A stretch of DNA of 44,929 nucleotides, filler included, from Catajapyx aquilonaris (taxonomy: Eukaryota): assembly GCA_000934665.2 (NCBI GenBank). It is 2 parts of 2 records of this genome, joined end to end, with 100 filler letters (N's around TTAATTAATTAA, not from the genome) between each part and the next. Parts side by side here need not be neighbours in the genome. Positions count along the whole stretch, not along the records: positions 1 to 22,423 come from JYFJ02005867.1; positions 22,524 to 44,929 come from JYFJ02005868.1. One strand, written 5' to 3'. Positions 11,059 to 24,304 of this stretch are shown one piece after another; the first letter of the stretch is position 1; every line of letters starts with the position of its first letter. Below the pieces are notes generated by a model. It was not told the DNA's origin, made no database searches, and worked only from the letters and a program-made list of their open reading frames with translations. The translations under genes and the position numbers were made by a program.

Positions 11059-14000
11059 CTTTAACAAATAAAAAAGAACAAGTGATCAGTATCACAATTT
11101 CAGAGAAGCTCGTACAAGGAAGTACAACAAGGAGGGTGGCAAGGTAGTTTAGGCTGAATCACACTACCTGAGACATGAGTTCAATCCCCAGGGTGAACAG
11201 AGGATTTGCTGACATGGACAGGGTATTGGGTTATTCCCATGTTCACACGAGCTTTCCTGTGTGCCCTCTCCCCTCCCTCCAAATATGACACAACATCACA
11301 GTTATAATACAGTTCAGTATTTCAAAGAATTATCTTCAACAGTAAACCAGTCTATTTATATAATAAATAAAATATATAATAATAAAACCTTCACTTCTCT
11401 CCATTTTTTTCTCTCAATTGCAGAAAACATAGGAAAACCTTAATCTTTTATGGCAATTTCACTTTCCACATTTTTCACTCTTACAAGATCCTTGGCAACT
11501 TAGATTACAAAGAATCTAACAGTATAATACTACCACCACCATCTGAACTTGTGGGTGGAAGGAGAAAACTTGAGGTAGCAACACAGTGGAAGTGTGACGA
11601 AAGAAGTGGATGTGTGGACGATGGAGGTGAGGGAGAGAGAAAAGTGAAACAGAAGGCACACGGCACACACCTAGCGCATGACCAGGGTGGGAATGGATGA
11701 GGGTGGGAATTTTTGCCTAACTGCATGTGAAACTCTGGCCATAATCTGTTCTGCACTTTTCCTCTTATAGAAACGCCAACCTTTCTACGTCACACTACAC
11801 CCATCAAAAAATCACCGTCCATATTTGTTTAATGCATAATTTATAACTCTATTATGGGTCAACTTGCAGCATAGCCTATTTCAAACAGTTTAGTCCTTCA
11901 ACCATATGTTTTTAAAAATTCAGAATTCTTCACTCCTAGCATGCAATATCTGCAAGCTGCTCCAATGCATGATGAAGCAAACTGAGTTGAATAAATCGGA
12001 ATTGCAGACTATGCACTCTAGACTCATAATCTACCTGAATGAATTAAAAGTGCCATTAATCTTCCAGAGCACTAAGCAAGGTCCCAATTTTGCATTATAA
12101 ACCTACCGGTGCAGGCTCCAACCACTCTGTCTCCACTAATTTTCATTCCCTAAATTGCATTGACTGCAGCCTTAAAAGCAAAGGTCATGCAAAGAAGCCA
12201 TTTTTAAATGCCCTCATGAACTCAACAGGGGATGACAGCAGGACATGCAGCTTTGCATAAACATATAGATTGTTGTTCTGCAGGTGTTGGATACACCTGT
12301 CTGTCCTTGACCACTCAACTGGCAACTGGGGCAAGGTGACTGACAGGTAATATTTCAATTTCAAGGCCTGATCGCTTGCTCCCCAAGTCAATCGAATCCC
12401 TACCAGGAATTTTCTGCTGCACCTAATCATGGAGCACAGGTTCGTCATTTGATCTACCAAGGTTAAATTGCCGTGATATCAAGTTACAACAGCACAGAAA
12501 ACGACTACTANCCCCCCCTCGATCATATGGCAAGCTTCCACTTCATGTTTAGAGAATTTGAAACATGGCTGAATAGTTTTAGGGGTCATTCAGCCAGGTG
12601 CGAAACTAACGCCCCGCACTATTTATAGCTGTCCTACTTTTCTCCTGATTCCACCGGGTGTATTTTTGGATTCCGAGTTTCTTTGCTTCCACTCAAGAAG
12701 CTCACTGCCAAACTTCGTTTCCTTCCTTTTAATGCTGGATTTCGAAAAGAAATTACTAACTAATGTAGTCATGCCTCTATCAAACAGGATTTGTGGTCAG
12801 GCACTATGAAAATTTGCTATTAGGACAAGGCCAGGTCCCACCTTTGCTGGTTTTTCACAGTTCACGCGAACAGCACCGCATTTTGCAATACGAACGCAAA
12901 TTCGCATAAGTACAACCATACGTACGTATTTCGAAAAAAGCACCTCCTCCAACGCTCTCTCTGGAACATTTCAATTCCCTCCCCTCCTTCCCAATGTAAC
13001 GCTCTCTTGCCACTTGCGACATTACCTCTGAAGTGCGCAATGTCCTCATCTTCCTATACCCAAGGGGGGGAATACGGCGCCCGCATGTCGGCCTAAAGCT
13101 GCAGAATATTCCTTACCGAACCATAAATAGGAGCAGTGAAGGCCAGATGGCAATTTTTAAGCAAATTATTCCACGAGGGAGGCAATTTAAAATGCGAATT
13201 CGCGCGGAACATTCAACAGCTAGAGGCGGGCGAATAAGCTCGATCCATTTATCCTGGATCTCAACCGATCTAACTCAAGGATGTTATTCACTTTACGAAC
13301 AATTGACTATTAGGGTCAGTTTCACCAGCAAATTCCGTTTCACGAGTAACGAGTATAAAATGTTCATCCCGCATAACAGGCCCTCTCCCATAAATCTTTA
13401 CATTGCAAAAACTTATAATTTTTTCCGTGTTCAAAGGGTGCTAATTTCTTTCGTCAGTACCAATCCTGCACGCAGTTATTTCCTGCACTTCTCACCTTGG
13501 TAATCGTCCTGCAGTAGTTAATCAGTCCCACTACTTTCCTGGTACCGTAGATGTAATCCTGGCAGCAGCTTCTGGTCAAGTGATACTATAGAACGTAACT
13601 AACAGATTGCAAGTTGATGGCGTAATTCCCATCGTTTGTCATGTGGGTAGCTATGCAAAGATGTGTCAAGTTACGAGTTTGAAGCGCTTCATAAAAACCC
13701 AGCTTCCCAACTTGAAAAATAACTTCCGAGTCAGAGTTCCTCCGGAATATGTATATGAGGCCGACTTTCTCTAAACTTTGGCTTATCGAGTTTAAGAAGC
13801 GGTAAAATATGATCCACCACTCCACGAGTATAATAATTCCTGTGCTTTCTAACCCCGCGATATTACGCTCTCAAGGTAAATCCGCAAACAATAAGGAAAG
13901 AAAACTCTCGCGAACTTTGCGTCGATAGCTGGCAAAATGTTGACGGTTTTCCTGTCGATCCCACCATGTTTTTTGCAATCTCACGTTTGTCCACTTTGAC

Positions 14001-17000
14001 ATGAGCAATCACTGCCTACTGCAAATGGGTAATTGAAATCGTGCTTGTCAAAATTTTTGGTACGTAATTTATCCTCAGTATTGATCCCTTCCAAAGCCAT
14101 CCCCCCCTTTTCTCAGGCCCTGGCGTCGAAAATTGAGACGTATTATGTGCACAAAATCACGGCGACTGTAATCCACTGAAGAGTTCAAAGGCAACAGGTT
14201 CTGCGAACATGGCGGAGTTTAATTAAAACGGCTCATAATCCTACAGTCCTATAAATGCTGTTACTCGTTATATGTGCTTGGAGAGGTCTCAATTTCATCT
14301 TGCTTAAGGACTACCAGGACTGGCCTCATAGGACAGAAGTATATTGACGTAACGTGTATATAGCACTGTAAATATTGGCGACCTTCCTGCCTTGAGCAAC
14401 AATGCACGATGACAAGCAAAACGCATCAGTAAAAATTGTTTACCTCAGAGGCTCAAGAGTTTTATTGGCTTCTTCGGAGCTGCCTTTCATGTTTCGTTAT
14501 CGGTTGCCCATATTACAAAATTTAATAACAAATCACATTATGCATCAGCTCTCTAGCCTTCGTGACTTACATGCCATACGTATAATCTGTCATGGCATGT
14601 GCTCTGAATGTGGTCAACTTTGGTCCGAGGCATATACTTTATCGCGCACAAAGTCAATGATAAGTAGGCCCAGAATAGAACGATATGGTTAAAAATTTAC
14701 AGCTAGGCTATCCACTCTGATGTATGGTCCAATGAGGAGTTGTGCTTGAGTAAGTGAGTACATTGAAAGTTTGCCAAGACATGAGCGGAATTTAATTAGA
14801 CCACATCATCAGGTACGTCATTGACATTTACCGCCGCTGTTGCTACACTGTAATCTGCATCCAGAGGACATAATCCCTTAAGCCTATTTAAACCTGTCAC
14901 TTCGCTATCCAACACGCTGATCATGGCCACATTCACAAAGATAAATGTCTGGTCGCAGTCTCATTCAAATCGGTGGCAAAAGCACCTTGAAAAACTGGCA
15001 CTCGATCGCAGCATATTCACCCCTACGTATTTCTCTTCTGAGTCAAGACTCGGCTCTAAGATCCCCTCAACTGGAATGCATCCAACGATACTGCCATAAA
15101 CCCTAAGTATAGCTTCAAACTTTGCGTATTGGAAGGTTACCAACATTTTCCACACTGAAAATCAAATTCCAGCTCATTTTTGGTCTAACTATACACAAAT
15201 CATTACTTTCAGAGCAGTAATTCTCACCGGAGGAGCTTTGGGATCCGCCATGCTTCCGTCTGCTAAGGCACTGAAGTTCTATTATTCACTAGTCGGAAAT
15301 CACGTCACGCCCGCTGGTGATAAGCACTACACTCGAATGCCACAAGCACTTGGGTCACAGGTGCTACCACTCTGTGAGAGTACGTTGGTCTCTCTCCTTA
15401 GGAGCCTCCGTCATAGTACTATCCCACCGCGACACTAGTCACCAAGTGACTGGGCTGTGAAAAAATTTGGCTTCAGAATCCTAAAAGGATCCCAAGAGGG
15501 AGTGGAAGAGGTTGCGGGGGTTGAGCTAGGATCACTGCCAAATGACCTCAAGACTTACCCTTTAAAATAGACATATACTGCTGCAGTTCTGCACAACAAG
15601 AATAAAAAGTAAAGCCGTAGTATGCTGTGTGTATCAATCACGAGTACTGATCAATATTAATATGGTTATGCTTGTGATTTTTCCGTCACACCCCCGTGCA
15701 CGAAAGTGCGTGATCCCAAATTCAGGGCCCAATTACTACGGCAGTAAGGCAGTTATTGCCGTGTAACTGCTGTGTTAAAAAAAGTGAGTATTGTATTTTG
15801 CAGGAATGACAAGGTATTTTGCTACACTAATCTATTTCTATATTCCTTTCTCCCGTTTATTAGGCAAGCAAATTCCCGTGGTGCACTAGTGTCCCCTAAT
15901 TCAATTTTCTCCCATTAGTTTCTCACCTAATTTCGCCACAAAATCCTGTAACTCTGAAGCAAAGCAGCGAATACAAAAGATTAGTTGAAAACTAATCAAG
16001 TACTGACTCATCTTGAATATTAAGTGAAAATCAATTTATTGCTGTCACTTGTGACGAAGTGTACAATAACTGACACTTTCTTTGGGAATGGAGCAATGCA
16101 GATTCTGGACAGTGTTACTAATCTGCCCTCAATACAGTACAGGATATAGTCTAAGCCCGACACTTTCCCATCACAAAATTATAGGCCTAATCCCAGCTCC
16201 TGACAGCATTACAAGGAGAAGAGTGGTTCTTAGGTGCTTATAATCTAGTATAGCTCCCTGGAAATGCCAGTTACGGTGGAGAATAGTTAGGAGGGCTGCT
16301 CATTGTCAACAGAAGCAGGAAGGACGGCACCTCTGATAAGGGCCGGTTGCACCAGAGCAGGATTTTAAAAATCTAGCGTTCCACTTCCTGTACCCGTGAT
16401 TCAATGATTGTATCCAGTTTTGATGGGTTGTCCCTGAAAAACCCTCGATCTACTCTATAGGAGAGTCTCCTGTATTTTCCAAATTGCTTCTCAGTTTCGC
16501 TCAAAAGAGCTTTCTTAAAATATGTGTGCAAGTTGCTGCTACTTTCGACCACATTTTCTCACGGTACAGTACAGAATGTACATTTAACAGGCTGCATTAT
16601 TCTTCCTGCAATCTGCATAAATAACATGACTTGGGCGCCTTTGTTCTTAGTTCACTGGAAGAAATGACAAAATGGTACTACAATTCGTAAAAGTAGCCTA
16701 CTTTTTGCGATTGATAGCACAAAAACGTCGATTACTGCAGGCTGCTACTATACACACATTCCGCGTCCAAAAAAAAAATTCACACTACCCTGTTACTAGC
16801 ATTTACAAGCCATCACAGCTTCAAATTTCATACCAATTCACACGGGCAAAGTTCGTGGCACTAAATAACGCAGAACATTAAAAATTTAATGGATGAACTG
16901 CAAAAATTATTTTCTTTGCCCGTCGTCCACTCCACCCAAACATGCCCAGCCATAAAGCCTATAACTATACTGTCACGAAGATTTTGGACGCGCACATGCA

Positions 17001-18339
17001 ATGCTGTTTGTTGGCTGCCGTCACAAATGTGTACGCGTCCACTTTTACAGTATAACAATAACTGAAGGTCAGTCAGAACATGCAGGCTGCCTTTTTCCAA
17101 GGCCCTCGCGCATGCAACATCACATCTCCCATGCGAAATCACATCACAGAAACAGCCATCCCAAATTAAACTGAAATTTACACTCATAAACTTGTGTTTA
17201 CAATTAAAGCAGACCTGTAACTGTAAACATCCCACCGACCATAAATTTCAAGAGTACTAGCAGCTGCTGTGATGCTATCTCGCCACACGGAGTGTTAGCT
17301 CACTGCCCTATCACGGTACGTTTCAGACACCGTTCCTTAAAACACTTCGCTTTCCCTTTCAGAGATCCTCTGTCCGCACGGCCACCGTCGGACACACCCC
17401 CCACACACGCACACACCCCGCACATGTCCATGCGTCCAAACCTGCGGCATGTGGGTCCCTTGGCTATTACCACCACACTGCTTTTCAAATGCCTCCCAAA
17501 GTTCCTGCCTCCGCATGCCCCGCCCACCAAGGAGCAATCCGGCCCTCCCATTGGCGCAAACAACCAAGCGCTATACCCTCCTTCACGATACAGTACACAT
17601 CTTCAATGTTCCGTCGGTGCCCCCCTATGCAGCAATATACCGGCAAAATAATTCACTAGCGCTCTAAGCCATGAATATAAAGTACGTGATTTCCATACAT
17701 GTCATCTTCGTTATTGTTGCTCGAAGAGTGCCACGTGCACTTGAATCCCAACTAGAATTTCGACACTACAAAGTCGAGCGCATAATTTACTGTGACATGA
17801 ATGACGTCCTTCGCCCGACACCTATGGGGAAACCGTCTTTTGTGCGCCACTTCCGTTAATTACACAGAGGCGATATGGCCGGCTGTCGGCTACGAAAAGG
17901 CACAAAAAAAAAAAGTCCGCCACAAATGCTGCTGGGGGAAATGGTCGGGAAATAAGATGTCAACCTTTCCAAAACAGCTCTTTCAATAAAATGCAATGGA
18001 AGGTGACAAGGTCGCACAAATATCGAAAATCGATTCCCCCCAAAGAGTTATGTTACCCGGCTAGAGATTTCCACTATTTTCCATTACGCGCCAAAAAATC
18101 GAGGGGGTGGGAGTCGGGGGTATAGCGCCAATTCACATAGCAAAAGCAATTTCCGACCGCAAGTTTCACCCCCAATCGCACCCAAAGTTGGTAACCGAGG
18201 TCTCTTCAGATACCATTTGGCATGTAATCCTGTTATTTCCCGGCTGCAACTCCCATCGGCATAGCTGGGCGATTAAGACCTTTCATTAAAGGGAGAGGAT
18301 GGCTCCCCCCCTTCCCCCCGCCCCTTACCCCCACAATGC

Positions 18340-18347
18340 TGACGTCA
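18340..18347. promoter_or_regulatory. Full palindromic CRE (TGACGTCA) next to a GC box
   Basis: TGACGTCA at 18340-18347; CCCCGCCCC just upstream in a C-rich tract. Function not shown. Confidence 0.3.
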
Positions 18348-20781
18348 GTGGGTGCTGTCGTCATGCCTGCCTCCAAGCCCTTCCGCCACCGAAGTTGCTT
18401 GACACCGAATTTGCATCGGACCTACACTGCCAGGGCCCGGATTAATTAACGGATTTCAAGAAATCGGCCCAATTTCAAAGTATAAACTCGGAGGCGTGCA
18501 ACTACGGCATATGTTAATTACCGAGAGCAATTAGGTGGGCTTTCCGTGTTTGGGTCAGGCAAAAGCAGTATTTCTCGGTTGCTCGTATATTGCCGGTTAA
18601 TTAAGATATCGGTGTAAATCTATTCAAAGCCTTGACCATGGAGGCTCTTCCACAGTATATTTGCGGCAGACTAAAATTAACGCGCACTATTTTTTCCTTC
18701 CTACGTGTTAACCTGTAATAATCATCACCCGTGATCATATGGAGTCTTCTATACCGTCACTTTCATAGGAGTACGGTTTGGGGAATATTGTGGGTGTTGT
18801 TGACGCTAGTGACCTAAAGGGCCACAAACTGATGGGTGGTCCCAGTTATGTTTCAAAAGTCAAATCTCTGAAAAAAATCAACAGCTCGCACAATCATTGT
18901 TGCATCGCGTACTTCATTCCTTATGATAAAAGCTCGACTCGCTCTGCGGCGACGAATAAATGGATAATAAAGTGTGTGACAATTGCATCTGCATATTTTT
19001 GCATGTTTATGCATTCCAAAGTAGCCTATACTTCTCGGTGGTTAAACATGCGCAGCTTCCTTTCATACATTCCATCCCGCGATTAAATCTCGTTAACCAC
19101 CCATTTTCCCCAATATGCAAATGTTCTCTGGACTGTATAGACAAATGATATTGTTCCCATATGACGCAAGTTTCCAATAATCCCTTAGTGCTGTAAGTCG
19201 GGGGAAATGATGGAAAGTTGCCATTAAAAGGTCCCAAAAAAGCGCCAAGACACAGCAAAAAAGTAAATCAAAAATGACAATTTCGAAATCCTGCAGGTTC
19301 AGCAACGGACGTCCCAGCACAACACCAGATCCCACATCGAAAAAATTGTCGCATTGTCACCAGAATTTATAGTATACCAAAATGCATGGGTTGAAGGCAA
19401 AATTGCACCTTTCTACTGCAAAATTGCACCTTTCTACTGAAAAATACTCCATAATGTGAGCGAGCAAATTACATTTATTCATCAAAAAATCAGGAATTCT
19501 CAAGTCCGCAATACACGCCTATTACACTCCATTAGACATCAGTTTTGCACTCTTAAGGCCTTCAGAGCTAGTTCAGAACGAATGAATCATGCTTAGGCAA
19601 CGATGGGTTACGTGATGGACTTCCTAATACAGCCTGCACGTTTTCGTCATTGCTAAGGAGCAATATAAGAGCTCCATGTCCGATAGGACCTTCGCTAATA
19701 AAAGTACAGCGAGATGATGGAGTGTGGTACCGTTTTCTTGTCACGTCCATAGAAACTGGGCTTTTCGCCACCACCTTGTCCACTTTCCCCGCATTGTGAC
19801 GCACACGATGACGTATACGAACGTCTCGGACTACTGTACACACGTGACTCGTAACGATTTGCTTTCCATCGATTAGAGAACGAGCACCGTTTGTACTGCT
19901 TCACTCACGGTGCCACTCTATCCCCTTAGAATTGCTCTCATTATCGCGGTTGGATGTGCGAGTCAGATTGCTCGTCTGAAATAGGATCTGCACGTTTTAT
20001 TTCATGTCATATACCTACTACTAGAGTCCGTTTGCATCTAGTTTGTTTGGTTTGCAAGTCCCATGACAGTTGGTGACTGTTTGGACCCCAATGCCATGGT
20101 AAAAATCAATCAATGAGAGGTGGATTAATTGCGGTGCGGTCTCCATGCACCAAGAAGAAATCGATTTTGTTGCCAGTTTCTGTTGCGCAATTTCGTCAGA
20201 ATCGTGAAAGGTCATTGTATGGGATGACACGGGGGCTACAAACTGCCGTGCACTGTTCGTTATTAATCATCAAAAACTTCGATTAATGCTGCAACTTTGA
20301 GCCATGTTTAAAATGTTTCAAATTCCCACAAAAATGATGGCCTACTTTACGACAACACCGAAGTTCCTCACCCACCAGCCGTACTTCCTCACTATAATCT
20401 AACCTGCTGCATTAAACCCATTAATGAGCCAAATAAAATTACAACTCTGTAATTAAAACATGGTGCATAGCTCATTACTTACACAAACTTATTAGATGTC
20501 TTTTCTCAATCTTCCAAACTAGGTTATCAATATTGCCTGCTTCATTGTTTCCTCCCCAAGTAGTATAGATGGCATATGTTGTATGCAAGGTAGGTAATAG
20601 AAGAGTAATAATAGAAGAAGAGTAATAATAGTGAATCAACTGTGCATATGACTTTGAATGAACTCGGTTTATAAGTGCCTGTCCCTATAGCACACAAAAA
20701 TATCAAACACAACTCTGAAGTATGTGATAAGATAAAGCAACAGGTGAAACATAACAAAACTGGTAATCACATATTGCCTAC

Positions 20782-21012
20782 CTTATTATCAGTACTGGTT
20801 GCCGTAGTAGGTAAAAGGTCTGGTTTCTTGGATACCTTCTGGAACACAGGCGTTTCTGAGATTGCCTTAGTTTTTCGCATGTCCGCACTCGAGTCCACTT
20901 GAGTGGAACTTCTGAAGAGTATCTCTGAACTTGTGGATCTGTAGCCCACTCCCTCAACCCCACTCGACTCCACCTGAGCATTTTTCTTTGAATGGCTGCT
21001 TTTATTCCCCAT
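20782..21012 (-). CDS. Pka-R1: Candidate alternative first coding exon of PKA-RI with N-myristoylation motif
   Basis: ATG at 21012, 77 open codons (MGNKSSHSKK...TSTDNK), donor AAG|GTAGGC in phase 0, matching the phase-0 acceptor at 11058. Confidence 0.6.
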
Positions 21013-21576
21013 TATGGATCAGGATTTCGTCTGTACCTATCACTCACCCGGCACTCTCACACCAGTACTTGTAACCTGCACTTGTTATCACATGCCCCCA
21101 CTTCTAAATTTCTTATTTAAAAAAAACAATAGTATCCAACTGCTAACTATACTTGAGCTTCACTGTTACAGATTTCAAATGGGCTCAACATCACAATTTG
21201 CCACAAGAAACAGACTTCGTCATCTCCACTCAAGGAGAAATTTCATGGCACAAATATCACAAGTTGGCACTGCACTAGGAAATGGGAGCGGTATCATCTA
21301 TACATGATGACTTCTCCACTGGTATTGTTTCTTATCAACTAATACCTCTGATACTCTATCAAGGTGGTTCAGAGGGGTTCAGTGGGGATGGGACAAAGAG
21401 GGCGGCATGAGGTGGGAGGGAAGTCATGGCCTGTCAGCTGACCCGCCCCTCATGGCAAATCCTTCCATCAATTTTTAAATCATCAGCTATGCAAAACACT
21501 GTAGCAAGGACAAGGACAAAGGCTTGATTTAAGTTCAGAGATCTCTAAGCAGTATCATAAATACCCCACGTAAATA

Positions 21577-21735
21577 CAGTAAAACCTCGATATAACACTC
21601 TTCAAGGGACAGCCCAAAAGTAGTGTTATATATGTGGGAAAATTTACCTTATGGAAATGATCAAGGGACCAGGAAAAGTGGGCATTAAAAGCGGGAAAGA
21701 GTTATATGCAGGAGCATTATATCTAGGTTTTACTG
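21577..21735. mobile_element. pogo/Tigger-type MITE
   Basis: TA|CAGTAAAACCTCGATATAA ... TTATATCTAGGTTTTACTG|TA. Confidence 0.75.
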
Positions 21736-21940
21736 TATCTGTAGCCTACATTGTGCATTATTTTTTAGGCAATCAGTGTCTGGCTTATCAACTTAAGTTA
21801 TGAAGAGAAAGTTAAGGTGCAGGTACCAGCATCCTGCAGTAACTATCTGATAAGTAGTACTGTACATTCAGGTAATTATGAAAGCAACTGAATCAAGCAG
21901 ATAAAAATTACTTTCAAGTCCAACAGTGTTAAGTGACTTA

Positions 21941-22423
21941 GGGCCGGTTGCACGAACCGTTCCTAGCCCGCTCCTAGGAGCGCTCCTACGTAGGGGCTCC
22001 CTACGGGTAAGAGCGCTCCTAGGTGGCCGAGGGTTGCACCAACCCAAACTAGGAGGCATCCTACGTACGGGCCTTCCTTCCCTTGTTATCAGGCAGTCGC
22101 GCCGGGCTTCAACACCGTTCTTCATGAACTGGTTATTTATTAATAAAATAACTGTTCTTACATGCATTAAAATAATATTACACAGCTGGAGAATATGATT
22201 TATACGCTTAAAAACATAAATTAGCTTATTTAGCGATGCACGTGGTCGTGCATGACGCAATCAAGGCAGGCAGGTTTTGGGCCAAGGCGGGCCAAGGCAA
22301 GGAGCCCGAACAAGGCAAAAGATGCCGCAAATTTTAGTGAGGCTGAGAAAATTTTAATTTTTGGTAGCGCTGTTTAATTTTATCACCCACATTTCTGGCT
22401 TGCCATCGAAACATTCGCGAAGT
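21941..22423 (+). mobile_element. PIF/Harbinger-like element, left part, running into the gap
   Basis: TTA|GGGCCGGTTGCAC terminus (also TAA|GGGCCGGTTGCAC at 16340), CTAGGAG subterminal repeats, and a Myb/SANT-like peptide start (AANFSEAEKILI) near 22325. Confidence 0.5.
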
Positions 22424-22523
22424 NNNNNNNNNNNNNNNNNNNNNNNNNNNNNNNNNNNNNNNNNNNNTTAATTAATTAANNNNNNNNNNNNNNNNNNNNN
22501 NNNNNNNNNNNNNNNNNNNNNNN
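22424..22523. other. Assembly gap with artificial linker
   Basis: 44 N + TTAATTAATTAA (stops in all six frames) + 44 N = exactly 100 nt. Confidence 0.9.
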
Positions 22524-22625
22524 CCTTCCCTACTTACTGTGTCATATGCTTTCTCTAAGTCTACAAAGGCAACAAAAACCTTCTTGTTTACAGCTAAATA
22601 CTTTTCTATCACGAGTCTCAAAACA
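22524..22625 (-). mobile_element. Non-LTR retrotransposon (RTE-like) reverse transcriptase fragment
   Basis: Translates as VLRLVIEKYLAVNKKVFVAFVDLEKAYDTVSRE, the RT motif F-x-D-x-x-K-A-[YF]-D; truncated by the gap. Confidence 0.8.
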
Positions 22626-23499
22626 ATCAGAAAAATCCGGTTGCACCACCTCCAGAAAAATTTCCAGCTAGAAAAGTCGTGTCTTTCATTGTTGATGGCA
22701 TTGTTGACAACAATGAATTCTGCCTCTGTTCCGAAATAAAAAGTACAGCTGGACCTACACGGTGGTTATTGACTAACTCTGAAAAATAATTCCCTTGAAT
22801 TCCTGCAAAAATTATCCTATCATCCGGGGTCATATTGCACTCTCTTGCAATCCATTCGATCGAGCGTTTTTGGGCTAAGCCCTCATGTGGGTGTCCCAAA
22901 AGTGTTAAAAACTGACCTGCTGATGTTCCGGATGCATACTCTGCGAATGTAGCGCACGACAATGCAGATCCTAGCAGCTAAGACGACTTAAATAGAATGG
23001 AACGGTCTTGGGAACGGTGCTCCCTCTCTTTCCCTCCTGTTTAGCCGCCGCCACATTGGAACACCACTCAAGTCAAGTCGGACAGATCATACACGGAGTT
23101 TCAATTGCACACTGATTTAATTACTAAAGCGGAATTAAGTATGCCTTCAATATATTCGGTTAATAATTAGTGTGTAGAACAGGGTCGTTAAATTAACTGA
23201 ATTAAATACAGTAGGCAATTCCTTATTCAGGCAATTACACTGTTTGACACTGACAGCAGCGCCAATTGCAGCGCCGCCCTGGTGGGGAGTTGATGTAAGC
23301 TGTCAGTTCGTCTCGTGCCGTCGAGGAAGGACGTAGGCTATCTCCTTCCTTCGGCCAACACCCAACACCCAACACAACAATAAAACCGGGGACGCCCCTG
23401 CCGTCGAGAGCTGCAGGAACTGGCTGTGCCTCAGGTCAGTAAACAGCTGGTGGATTGGTGCCAGACGGCGACCGGCGGCGGGGTACTCCTGCTGGAATA

Positions 23500-23770
23500 A
23501 GAAGTATCATTTGAATCACTTGACATAGTTCAACGAGCGGTCAAGATCTGCAGGCGGTATGTGCACCCTCTGCCTGAGCTCACATGCCATTCTGTTATGG
23601 TTGAAACGAGGCTCCAGCTGGCAGGGAAGATCCGGATGAGGGAAAAGTAACAAGACCTACCCGAAAATGGGCTACATGCGACACTCTGCTACGAGTATGT
23701 TCTTGTCGCAGGTACCAGTTGCCCTGCACCATCATGTGTAAAAAGTGCAAGGACGTTTGCAGCAACGGCA
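23500..23770 (+). mobile_element. Degenerate transposon protein C-terminus with Cys-rich zinc finger (Academ-like)
   Basis: TCDTLLRVCSCRRYQLPCTIMCKKCKDVCSN near 23675-23767, preceded by frameshifted remnants. Family assignment is from recalled motif only. Confidence 0.4.
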
Positions 23771-23918
23771 TGTTAGCATTAAAATAGCTGTTGTTAAAGT
23801 ATTATTCTTTTTATAGTTGCTTATAATATTATGCAATGATTAATTTTGCAGCTCATTTTTCGCCGAAACCGAAGGTACAGGCGACCAAGATGTTGATGTG
23901 TGAACGAATCTCTATATA

Positions 23919-24304
23919 CAGGATGTATCTGAACTCAGTGCCCCGACGTATATGACTGCCTTCCTAGCCACCAGAGGATCAACTTATGTAGAGGAGTCAT
24001 TATGTCTGGGCAGCCTCATTACTGAGATACACTCATTAGCGATTTTTGCCTAATCGCTCCTTCTGACTTTTAAATAGCAACAAACCAACAAAGTCCCGCC
24101 CCCAGACCTTCCAGAGCCTTTTGACTGGGGGAGGGTTCGATGGGTGGCCTAACCGACATGATATTTTGTAGGCTACTACATGTTTGCGGCCAATTATCTC
24201 TGTAATGAGGCTGCCCAGACATATGACTCCTATACTTAAATCGATCCTCTGGTGGCTAGGAAGGCAGTCATATACGTCGGGGCACTGAGTTCAGATACAC
24301 CCTG
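23919..24304. mobile_element. Tc1/mariner-type MITE, copy 2 (complete)
   Basis: About 110-bp imperfect TIRs starting CAGG(A/G)TGTATCTGAACTCAGTGCCCCGACG, TA on both sides. Confidence 0.9.

Noticed and set aside
11130..11270. SINE-like head (GAGTTCAATCCC)
   Set aside because: Only a partial B box; no second copy in the window to confirm.
13033..13503. 156-aa plus-strand ORF
   Set aside because: GTG start, no domain, no splice support.
14590..14820. Possible very decayed LINE C-terminal peptide (GSEAYTLS...SNEE)
   Set aside because: Too degenerate to support without a search.
17292..17667. Cluster of overlapping ORFs in GC-rich sequence
   Set aside because: Expected by chance at high GC; may be regulatory, but no coding signature.
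19398..19439. 21-bp tandem duplication
   Set aside because: Ordinary slippage duplication.
22468..22479. TTAATTAATTAA palindrome between N runs
   Set aside because: Symmetric 44N-12-44N layout with stops in all frames indicates a scaffolding linker, not biology.
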